A stretch of DNA of 64,000 nt from Macrostomum lignano (taxonomy: Eukaryota), in assembly GCA_002269645.1 (NCBI GenBank), contig NIVC01000152.1, forward strand, positions 186,001 through 250,000. The letters run 5' to 3'. Positions 11,601-22,500 of the stretch are shown in pieces (the first letter of the stretch is position 1; each line of letters starts with the position of its first letter). The notes under the pieces were generated by a model. That model was not told the DNA's origin. It made no database searches and saw nothing but the letters and a program-made list of their open reading frames with translations. The translations under genes and the position numbers were made by a program.

Positions 11601-14600
11601 CCGAGTTTGCCCGAATCAGACAGCCCCAACAACAACATTGCGAAAAAAACAAAAAAAACAAAAAACATCAACAACAACAACAGAATACGCTGTTAGGTCT
11701 TATGAAAACAGCGTCACAGGGCGCGAACATTGGCAAGTAACTGACGTCATAAAACAGTCAAGTCACAAGAAAGACAAGCATTCGATATTTTTAAAGAAAC
11801 GAAGCGTCCGCTTAAGGCCTGGTCCGACCTATTAAGGCCCATGGGTCGGCAAACCCCGGCCCGCGAAGCCTCTCTAACCGGCCCTCGCGTTCTTTGTAAC
11901 TTCACAATAGCAATCCGGCCCGCTCAAGGTTTTTATCGCTTCTCAGCTCTCTTCTCTCTAATTTCCTCTCTCTTCTCTCCTCTCTCCTCTCCCCTCCCTT
12001 CTCTTTTCCCTTCTCTCTTCTCACCACTCCTCTTCTCTTTTCTCCTCTTCTCTCCTCTCCTCTCCTCTCTCCCTATTCCGGCCCGCAATCATGCGCTGTG
12101 TTCTCCATCTGGCCCTTGAAGTAAAAAAGGTTTGCCGAACCCTGGCGTAAGCCGTCCTTGATCACTGCAAAGCTAAAAACCTGCTTAAGCGAAAAACCAC
12201 TGCGTCAACATGAAGGTATCGCAACCGAATCGTGTGGCCCAAATCTCAGAAATCTTCAAGGTAAAATTTTAAACGCAAGCAAACTGCTTCAATTTTCAAA
12301 TTTCGCCGTAACTACCGCTAATATCCCAGAAATTGCTTCAAAATTGATTTATCCCATGATGATTCGCAGTCGCTATATAATTTCAACAAAATACCGAGAA
12401 AATTAGAAAACTTGATCTCACTAAAATATGAATATGAATATGATGCTGTAATAATGCCAAAATAAACGCTTAATTTAATATTATACTACTCAGCTGCTTC
12501 GAGTAGTAAGTAGTACTGACCAGTTGTAAAGTTTTACTCTCTCCATCTGTCCCTCTCACTTCTATTCATTCACAGCGGTCGTGCCAAGCCCGAAGCGAAT
12601 TCGAGTGGCGCGAAACGCCTTGAGCCTCTGACTCTGCTTACTGAGGTGAGCTGGGCTGGCATGCACCACTAAATATTATTATCATATCGCTTGTTGTATT
12701 ATTCTTGTAGAAGCATCCTTTCCTACAACGATTGCATGTTTACTAATTCCAAATGAACTTTCTTTAAGTTTAGTTGGTCATTTAAATTGTAGTAGATGGA
12801 AAGAGTTCAATTGCATCTAAATTAACCGGCTATGGTTGCTTATTGAATGAACTGATTTCAAAATATTTGCAGCGGACTATGAAGTTTTTGACAGACTCTT
12901 CCGAAAATGGCAGACGAGCCCCTGCACAGGAGCCCAGAGTAAAAAACTTGTGCATTTTCATTGCAATCTGAGTGCAGTTTAATAAATCTCAGAGCTCTGA
13001 TGTGTTGTGGTTGGCATAACAATGACCTTTTGCGGTTGCGCCAGTAACTCAAAATTTACTAATCCGATAAATTAGCTTGATCTACAGGTGTTATTAACTA
13101 ATCGCTATGCACTTTTTCAGTTAATCGATCAACTCTCGGAATTTAACAGCCAAGCAATGAGCCTTCAATTAATAAAGTTTGCGCTTAAATTTCCTAATGA
13201 ATTTCCTTAAAATTTAATTCCTACAAGCATGTATTTAGATGCAACTATCTATGCAATCTATTACACCATTGATAAATTTCACCGTTTGTTTTTAGAATTC
13301 TGCCCAACAAAATTGCAAAAAATATTATCATAACCTATTGCGAGACAATCCAACAACAGACTCACAACAAAGTGCAACAATCCAACAACAGACTCACAAC
13401 CCAATGCAAAAATCCAACAACAGACTCACAACCCAATGCAACAATCCAACAACAGACTCACAACCCAATGCAACAATCCAACAACAGACTCACAACCCAA
13501 TGCAACAATCCAACAACAGACTCACAACCCAATGCAACAATCCAACAACAGACTCACAACCCAATGCAACAATCCAACAACAGACTCACAACCCAATGCA
13601 ACAATCCAACAACAGACTCACAACCCAATGCAACAATCCAACAACAGACTCACAACCCAATGCAACAATCCAACAACAGACTCACAACCCAATGCTACAA
13701 TCGAACAACAGACTCACAACCCAATGCAACAATCCAAAAACAGACTCACAACCAAATGCTACAATCGAACAACAGACTCACAACCCAATCCAACAACAGA
13801 GTCACAACCCAATGCGACAATCCAACAACAGTCTCACAACCCAATGCGACAATCCAACAACAGACTCACAACCCAATGCGACAATCCAACAACAGACTCA
13901 CAACCCAATGCGACAATCCAACAACAGACTCGCAACCCAATGCGACAATCCAACAACAGACTCACAACCCTCCGCCCCTGCCAGACCGGCACGCCCCGCC
14001 TGACTCACCACTCCAAGCCGCGGGTGCCCACGGCCGAGCGGGTGCGCCTGCGCGACTTCACGAGCTCGCATTTCGGCCCGGCGCTGCAGCAGCGTCTTCG
14101 GCTGCTGACGGACGCGGAGGTGGCCGCTGCGACGGCGGGGCGAACGGGCAAAAGCAGTCGGCATCCGGGTGGACATCCGCCGCCAACAACGGGACGAGCC
14201 TCGGCCTGGAGGTCAGCGGTGTTTCTCGCGGCCAATCGCGGCTGTCCGAAGCGTCGGGCGGCGGCGGCGGCGGCGGCGGCGCCAAGTCGGAGCTGCAGGG
14301 CCTCATCACTGCGGGGCTCACCGGCGGCAAAAAGTCGGTGAGTTGAGCTGGTCAGGTTGAGTTGAGTCAGCTTCAGCCAGCGTCGGTCAGGTCAGGTTTG
14401 TGTCAGGTTTGTGTCAGGTTGGATCAGGTTTGGGTCAGCTTGGGTCAAGTTAAGTCAGGTTTGGGTCAGGTTTGGGTCAGATTTGGGTCAGTTTGGGTCA
14501 GGTTAAGTCAGATTTGTGTCAGCTAATTGGGTCAGGTTAAGCCAGATTTGTGTCAGCTAATTGGGTCAGGTTAAGCCAGATTTGTGTCAGCTAATTGGGT

Positions 14601-15271
14601 CAGGTTAAGCCAGATTTGTGTCAGCTAATTGGGTCAGGTTAAGCCAGATTTGTGTCAGCTAATTGTGTCAGGTTAAGTCAGATTTGTGTCAGCTAATTGT
14701 GTCAGGTTAAGTCAGATTTGTGTCCGCTAATTGTGTCAGGTTAAGTCAGATTTGTGTCAGCTAATTGGGTCAGGTTAAGTCAGATTTGTGTCAGCTAATT
14801 GGGTCAGGTTAAGTCAGATTTGTGTCAGCTAATTGTGTCAGGTTAAGCCAGATTTGTGTCAGCTAATTGGGTCAGGTTAAGTCAGATTTGTGTCAGCTAA
14901 TTGTGTCAGGTTAAGCCAGATTTGTGTCAGCTAATTGTGTCAGGTTAAGCCAGATTTGTGTCAGCTAATTGTGTCAGGTTAAGCCAGATTTGTGTCAGCT
15001 AATTGTGTCAGGTTAAGCCAGATTTGTGTCAGCTAATTGGGTCAGGTTAAGCCAGATTTGTGTCAGCTAATTGTGTCAGGTTAAGTCAGATTTGTGTCAG
15101 CTAATTGTGTCAGGTTAAGCCAGATTTGTGTCAGCTAATTGGGTCAGGTTAAGTCAGATTTGGTGTAGGGTCAGCGCGCTCCGTCTGCTCTCGCCAATGA
15201 CTGCTTCGACTGCGCTGGCTGCGGGTGGGCAGTCAGCCTGCAGTAAACTTACATGCATCAGCGCCCAATAA
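7921..15271 (+). CDS. Unidentified multi-exon protein (Q/P/A/S-rich, likely disordered); 5' end not resolved
   Basis: Exon chain 7921-7953, 8398-8939, 9883-9915, 12576-12645, 13985-14337, 15169-15271. All introns are GT-AG, phases 0/2/2/0/2 are consistent, and 1134 nt = 377 aa + TAA. Reads LDQKTNERNRT|ASDRRSNQFLTGWETG...VTK|KIVPPSYFII|SGRAKPEAN...LLTE|TGTPRLTHHSKPR...AKS|RVSAL...ISAQ*. The last acceptor is weak. No family recognised. Confidence 0.55.
9078..9730. repeat. Intronic minisatellite, 28-bp unit CAGATCCTCAGCTGCTGGGCCAGCCTCC, about 23 copies
   Basis: Unit read directly. Confidence 0.97.
10275..10692. mobile_element. Decayed hAT-like MITE with CT-rich core (older copy of the element at 11840-12144)
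   Basis: Starts CAGGGGTC and ends ...CCGAACCTG. Internal 30-mer 10311-10340 matches 11898-11927 at 28/30. No TSD seen. Confidence 0.55.
11003..11191. repeat. (AAC/AAT)n trinucleotide microsatellite
   Basis: Read directly; gives the poly-N part of ORF 11000..11596. Confidence 0.97.
11192..11663 (+). mobile_element. 5'-truncated non-LTR retrotransposon (LINE) 3' end: ORF2 C-terminus with CCHC knuckle, short 3'UTR and A-rich tail
   Basis: RFRVGHNTKLAAYANRIGLATSATCQHCELGEQTNVHVATECPALDRVR contains CX2CX8HX4C with the upstream RxGH...RIG motif typical of I/R1/Jockey-group ORF2. TAG at 11594-11596, A-rich tail, and candidate 12-bp TSD AACATCAACAAC (11180-11191, 11664-11675). Confidence 0.85.
11840..12144. 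mobile_element. hAT (Charlie-like) MITE with CT-rich core, about 305 bp
   Basis: Left CATGGGTCGGCAAACC vs right-end reverse complement CAGGGTTCGGCAAACC (16-bp imperfect TIR). TSD not evident. Confidence 0.7.
13340..13970. repeat. Intronic minisatellite, 32-bp unit CAACAATCCAACAACAGACTCACAACCCAATG, about 20 copies
   Basis: Unit read directly; ends about 14 nt before the acceptor AG at 13983-13984. Confidence 0.97.
14386..15161. repeat. Intronic minisatellite, 34-bp unit GTCAGCTAATTGGGTCAGGTTAAGCCAGATTTGT
   Basis: Unit read directly; shorter GGTCAGGTTT-type units at the 5' edge. Confidence 0.96.
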
Positions 15272-16224
15272 AATATTCGTAATATTTCCAAAAATTTCCA
15301 AAACATCTGTTCCAGACTCAGCAGCAGCGCTGGTTCGAATCCGGGACCTCGGCAGCCCGTCCGGCTCCGTTCGTAGCGGCCGCCAAAAGGAAATAATTTA
15401 GTAACTCGAAGTAATTATTGACTGCAATATGTAAGCACTTTACTTGTGCATCTGTTTTTCAACGGTCAATAGCGATAGTTTATTTTATTATTTGGGAGAA
15501 ATATTCCGTATAAACAACAACCCTTACTATGGGAGATTTATTTGGCAGATAAAAATGAGTTATTCGCTAATTCGATTCAATAATTGTTTTAATTGAAATT
15601 TTCGTACTTCTTAATAATGCCGAATCAGGCACTGTAACAACATATTGGCAATTAATTTTAATTTTGTTTAAATTATAACTTTCAATGTTTTTTGATCGTT
15701 GCATTTTCGTAATTTAAATTCTTCGATTATTATTTCAAGTGCTAAATACTCTTACAATAGATATTACTATTTTTATTTTTATTTCTTCCATGTTAACTAT
15801 TCTGCTTCGAATTGTTTCTGTTGTATTTATAACCAACACTGTTCAAATTGGTGCCAAGTGGTTAGTTATAACTTCGAGTATATTAATTATTTGTACAATT
15901 GAGGTACATGCATGTACTTGAACTTAAAAACTTTTACACACTTGTGTATATCTTTTAAATTTCAAAATAACTGCAAATGGATATTGACTATTAATTGTTA
16001 TTTAATATACTTTACTGGCTTCAAGTAGTATTTATTTATCACTTCTTGCTAACGAGCTACTACGTATATTATGTACTTTTTGTGTCCTCCATTTGTTGAA
16101 CATTATATTTTCAATGCTTGTTTCACCAATTGTCAATTTTAAATTTTAATTATACCAGTGTAGGTATATTATTTTTATTGCATTGCAATTACTGCGTATT
16201 TGGTAAAACATCTCTGTCTATGTT

Positions 16225-16765
16225 TGACTGACTGACTGACTGACTGACTGACTGACTGACTGACTGACTGACTGACTGACTGACTGACTGACTGACTGAC
16301 TGACTGACTGACTGACTGACTGACTGACTGACTGACTGACTGACTGACTGACTGACTGACTGACTGACTGACTGACTGACTGACTGACTGACTGACTGAC
16401 TGACTGACTGACTGACTGACTGACTGACTGACTGACTGACTGACTGACTGACTGACTGACTGACTGACTGACTGACTGACTGACTGACTGACTGACTGAC
16501 TGACTGACTGACTGACTGACTGACTGACTGACTGACTGACTGACTGACTGACTGACTGACTGACTGACTGACTGACTGACTGACTGACTGACTGACTGAC
16601 TGACTGACTGACTGACTGACTGACTGACTGACTGACTGACTGACTGACTGACTGACTGACTGACTGACTGACTGACTGACTGACTGACTGACTGACTGAC
16701 TGACTGACTGACTGACTGACTGACGACTCACTGACTCACTGACTGACTGACTGACTGACTGACTG
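16225..16765. repeat. (TGAC)n tetranucleotide microsatellite, about 135 copies
   Basis: Read directly; lies between the convergent 3' ends of the orphan gene and Gli. Confidence 0.99.
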
Positions 16766-17505
16766 AGTTAAAGGTGAACACACTGCGGTCTAAAATCATA
16801 AATCAAAAAGCGATTAAAATATTAAAAAATTCGAGTTCAGGTGTCAGACATAATTAAGTAACTTTACTGCAAGTGCTCCATGCGCCGATGCAAACCTAGC
16901 AGTAAGTATATTCATATATTAGCCACATTTATTAAGCCTCACATATTGAGATAAGCGCGAAATCTGCACTACAAATATGTAATTTGAGCAGGCACATTAC
17001 TGACATAATTGTAAAATTGATAGAAATCACTAATTGTTACATGTAGAATTACAAGTTTTCTCTCGTTTACAGAAATAGTTATTCGACTATTGCAAAACTT
17101 AATTTCGAAAGGCTGCGAAATAACAGAGAAATTTGCGAGAGAATTTGAAACAATCAGTTTAAAAAATCGAAAGAAAACTCGAAATTGAAACGCGCAAAAG
17201 TGGAAATGAGGGAAGTTAAAGGGCTACAAGGGGTGGGGTTGGCGCGGATTCGAAAAAGGTGCACTAAAATTCCTTGTTTTTACCTGATGGATGCTTTGCA
17301 TTGGTTCCACTGATGTAGTAGCAATCTATTTTAACAGTGGAAACGTTTGAACATTTTTATTGATTGAGCAAAAACCTTAGAAGGTGAAATTTTTCAAACT
17401 TTCAGTCACGAATCTAAACTCGCAATTAATATTATTAAACAGCTTCTAAGAATGGAAAACTCACACGCAATGAGTCGTAGGCAAGGGTTACATAGTCAAG
17501 GCGAG

Positions 17506-19390
17506 TCAGTGCATGGCGTAGGCCTCCTGCTGGTGCTGAAAGCTGGTCTCAGAAGGTCCAGCTGGGTTCCACTGGCAAAGTCCAAGCGCCAGGTTTGAAG
17601 AAAAGTCCTGCTGTTGCTGCTGCTGCTGATGCTCCGGCAGCGTCTCCGGCGGCCCGTGCTGGAAAGGTGCGACATTCTGCGACGATTCAATAAGCTGGTC
17701 GATGTCATCAGTTGACACGGACGGTATGTCGCTGAGGTAGTGCCTGCCCGTGTTGGCCGAACGCTGCTGCTGGTAGGTGTGGTAGGCGGCAATAGGGTAG
17801 CCACTCCAGCTGCCGTATTTGGCGCAGTGCTGCTGTGTTGGCGGCTGCGGCTGGTGCTGTTGGTGCTGCACAGGATGTGAAGGCAGCTGCTGATGACAAC
17901 AGCACGAGTAGCAAGTTTGATGGTGCTGCTGCTGGTGCTGCTGATGATGCTGCAGCTGGAACTGTGGAGTCTGGCTCCCGTTAACCATCCAAGCCGACTG
18001 GTGATGACCAGCTGGCCGGATCAGCTGCGACCGGTTGTGCGGCTCTGCGAATTGGATTTGAAAAAATCAGTGCACATCAATGTACATTATTACAGATACT
18101 AATTGACGTGTTGGGGCAGGGAGTGAGGTGGCTGCAGGAAGAGTTGTGGTGTTGGGCAGGGAGTGAGGTGGCTGCATGAAGAGTTGGGGTGTTGGGCAGG
18201 GAGTGAGGTGGCTACATGAAGAGTTGGGGTGTTGGGGCAGGGAGTGAGGTGGCTGCAGGAAGAGTTGGGGTGTTGGAGCAGGGAGTGAGGTGGCTGCATG
18301 AAGAGTTGGGGTGTTGGGGCAGGGAGTGAGGTGGCTGCATGAAGAGTTGGGGTGTTGGAGCAGGGAGTGAGGTGGCTGCAGGAAGAGTTGGGGTGTTGGG
18401 GAAGGGAGTGAGGTGGCTGCATGAAGAGTTGGGGTGTTGGAGCAGGGAGTGGGTGGCTGCAGGAAGAGTTGGGGTGTTGGGGAAGGGAGTGAGGTGGCTG
18501 CAGGAAGAGTTGGGGTGTTGGGGAAGGGAGTGAGGTGGCTGCAGGAAGAGTTGGGGTGTTGGGCAGGGAGTGAGGTGGCTGCAGGAAGAGTTGGGGTGTT
18601 GGGGAAGGGAGTGAGGTGGCTGCATGAAGAGTTGGGGTGTTGGAGCAGGGAGTGGGTGGCTGCAGGAAGAGTTGGGGTGTTGGGGAAGGGAGTGAGGTGG
18701 CTGCAGGAAGAGTTGGGGTGTTGGGAAGGGAGTGAGGTGGCTGCAGGAAGAGTTGGGGTGTTGGGCAGGGAGTGAGGTGGCTGCAGGAAGAGTTGGGGTG
18801 TTGGGGAAGGGAGTGAGGTGGCTGCAGGAAGAGTTGTGGTGTTGGGCAGGGAGTGAGGTGGCTGCATGAAGAGTTGGGGTGTTGGGGCAGGGAGTGAGGT
18901 GGCTGCAGGAAGATTTAGGGTGTTGGTGGGGGCAGGGACTGCAGGGCAGAGAATTCTAAGGAATAGAAGCAATAGGCGATAGGCGGCGTAAAATTGGAAA
19001 AGCGGGGTGTAGACATTTTTGAGTCGGAGGGGTTGTGAGCTTGGGGGTAAGAGGCCGATAGACCAGCCAATAGGAAGTAAGAGAGGGAGGGAGGATAGCA
19101 TAGTTAAAGTTACAGTAAAGTCGAACTCAATATGTATGACTAAATGTATTTTAATGTCTTTCGTTGATTGCTACTAATGACAATCAAATATTGCTACTGA
19201 TAGTACACTGGCTAAGATTTTACAGCACAATGCTCGCATTGCAGCCGGTTTATAAAAGAAACTAAAATTAAAAAAAATACCTCCATAGCTCCAGTTGCGT
19301 TGCTGGTTGCCATGGGCATTTTGATGCAACTGCTGCATGGACTGATGCATCTGATGGTGCTGTTCGTGATGCCGCAGCTGGTATTGCTCC

Positions 19391-19428
<38 letters not shown>

Positions 19429-19487
19429 ATGCTCTGTCCAGTAGACTGGCTGCTCCGCCGTCTGAGTCTCTCGTTTAACGACTGAGC

Positions 19488-19525
<38 letters not shown>

Positions 19526-22500
19526 ACGCCGACGCTACCGACACTCGACGAGATCATGGACCCGCGGCCAGAGGACCCGATGCTCACTACGCTGGCATCG
19601 TCCGGTTGTGCAGCGGTGGGCGGAGCCATTAGTCCAGTCGGCCCGTTTGTCGATGCCTGGCAAGCGACGCCGACCAAAGTGGAGGAGCCGCACGAGCGCT
19701 CGGACTGTGGCGAAGGAGCCGACGACTGCTGGCTGATGTGGCTCATCGGCGAGGGCCGGTCGGAGTCTGGGGTTGGAGAAGAGTTTACTACGTATGGGAG
19801 CTCCGATGTTACATGTACGAGCTAGATGGCAAACTGCCAAGTATATCACTGACAGTCAAATGTCACTGGCAGTCAAATGTCACTGACAGTCAAATGTCAG
19901 TGGCAGTCAAATGTCACTGGCAGTCAAATGTTACTGGCAGTCAAATGTCACTGACTGTCAAATATCTTGCACTCACCAATTTAAAATAAAATTAAATCTT
20001 CAAATATTATTTCAACAATCAAAGAGTAAGTTTGATTGTTTGACGTGCTCAAGCCTTCAATGGATTAAGAAGAGATTAAGCAAGTGAATTTCACTCACAG
20101 GCCATGGGACTAACTAGCGCCTCAGTTTTAATTAGTCCGTCCTTCATCTGGCCGTACAGCCTCCCCGGATGATGATGATGTCGATGATGAAGCTGCTGAT
20201 GCTGAGCCACGGCAGCTTCGCCGCCGGCCGCGGGGCCACCCGCAGTCGATGGCATCAGCAGCTCGGCCAGTCCGCCATCGTCGTCCGACTCAAAGAAATC
20301 GGCCGGCAGCGACTCCGACATCGGGCTGGCCATTGAAATCGCGACGCCGCCGCCATTGCCGCCGCCGCTACCGCCGCCGCAGGCAGGAGCTGCAGAGAAA
20401 CCAAAATTTGAGCCTTGTTGTTGTTGTTTCTGCTGCTGCTGCTGCTGCTGCTGGCCGGCACCAGACTTGGAGCCGTATCGGCGCATTCGATTCTCCTCAG
20501 CCTTTGAGCTCCAACTTTCGCCTTTGAATTTTTTCGTAGCGTAAGCCTCGGCACCATGCACGGTTTTGATGTGCTTGCGCAGAGAGCTGGGGTCCGTGTA
20601 CCGCTTGGTGCAGCCAACCGCCGCCCGGCAGACGTACGGCTTCTCTGAGGAGTGAGTCCGGTTCTGGTGCTTGGCGCGGTCGGACGCGTTCGAGAACGCT
20701 TTCCCGCAGCCGGGCACCTCGCAGGGGTAGGGCTTCTCCCCCGTGTGCGAGCGCTGGTGCGTCTTCATGTTCTCCAGTCGGGAATAGGCCTTGTGACAGC
20801 CTTGGAACTGGTGGCGAAAGCAAAGGAAGTTACAGATCATTTGGAGCTTGTTTACGAAATTTGACTAGGCACAGAGCCCTGCACTGTCTGACAATGCCTG
20901 ATAATCCCCTGAGAGGGGAGGGACAGTTGAGGTAGAGAAGTGTCAGTGCCCAATCAGGCACAGTGCAGAGAGGGAGAGGCACATGGGAGAGAGGGAGAGA
21001 GAGAGAGAGGCACAGGAGAGAGGGAGAGACACAGGGGAGAGAATGAGAGTCACAGGGGAGAGAAGGAGAGACGGGGTAGAGAGGGAGAGGGGAACAGGGG
21101 AGAGAGGGAGAGAGGCACTGGCGAGAGAGGAAGAGGTACATGGAAGAGAAGGAGAGAGGGAGAGTCACAGGGGAGGGAGAGAGAGTCACAGGGGAGAGAG
21201 AGAGGCACAGGGGAGAGAGAGAGGCACAGGGGAGAGAAGGAGAGTCACAGGGGAGAGAGAGAGTCACAGGGGAGAGAGAGAGTCACAGGGGAGAGAGAGA
21301 GAGAGTCACAGGGGAGAGAGAGAGGCACAGGGGAGAGAGAGAGTCACAGGGGAGAGAGAGATTCACAGGGGAGAGAAGGAGAGTCACAGGGGAGAGAGAG
21401 ATTCACAGGGGAGAGAGAGACACGGGAGAGGGGAGGGACAGTTGAGGTAGAGAAGTGTCAGTGCCCAATCAGTGAAAACTTATTTCAGCTCACATTGCAT
21501 TTATACGGCTTTTCTCCCGTGTGTCGCCGCACGTGTACATTGAGCATGTACAGCGCTTTGAAGGGCTTCAGGTGCCGGTTGCAGTCCTGCCAGTAGCAGG
21601 CGAACTCCTTGCGATCGCAATTCTTCACGTGCAGCTCATTAACGTGCTGAAATATTCCAGGATAGAAAACTTAACTCTTCACATTTAGTAGCCCTAGAAA
21701 CAATCAGTTCTAATTAACTGTGTCATTTTTTCAATGAAAGCTAGCCATTTTAGGTACTGCCTTACAACAAGTTTGCACTGCAGATTTTATTCCAGATAGT
21801 TTCTTAGACACAAAATTTTCTGATCGTCTACTTCTATGGCCAGTCCTTTTCAAATTGTTGCCAGTCAAATGGCCTGGCCGCCCCGCGAAAACCCGGGGTT
21901 CGGACCATAGACTATAGCTTTTTCTGCTCTCAAGCATTAGCAGCCTGCAGCTGGTGTCTGTGGCCGCCCTAACCCAGACGGCTGCTAAATACACTGGGCA
22001 CATCTAAGTTTAGCGCCTCACCTCAACCAGTTCAGCGTTGGTCTCGAACTTGGCACCGCAGTTCTCCCAGCGGCAGTCGGTCTCGCCCGACGCTGTCTCT
22101 CCGTCGTCGTCGTCCAGTTCGCCGTCTGCGCTGCAGCCGCCGCCGCCGCCGCCGCCGCCAACGCTGCTTCCCTCGAGGCCGCAGGACGAGCTGCCCTGTG
22201 GACTGGTCAGGGCCGAGTGTTGCGGCGGGGCTACTCCGGGAGACACGGATGGAGCGCCCGATGGCCTGAAGATCGACATTGGCTGCGGCTGCTGCGGCAT
22301 CGGCGGCTGCGACGGCGGCGCCGGCGGCGGCGGTGGCTGCGGTGTGAACAGCGGCGACCCGCTGCCAAAAGAGGCAGCTGACAGATGCCCGATGGAGCCC
22401 TGGCTGCCCTTGGAGCTGGCGCAGGGCGACCGGCGCAGGCGCGGTATCCAGGACAGGCAGTCGTGCGACGCGGTCACCTGGCTCAAATCCATTCCGCTGC

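Noticed and set aside
13338-14346. Long Q/N/T-rich ORFs
   Set aside because: Read-through of the 32-bp array; only 13985-14337 is treated as exon.
15325-15350. GGTTCGAATCC B-box
   Set aside because: No A box or cloverleaf upstream.
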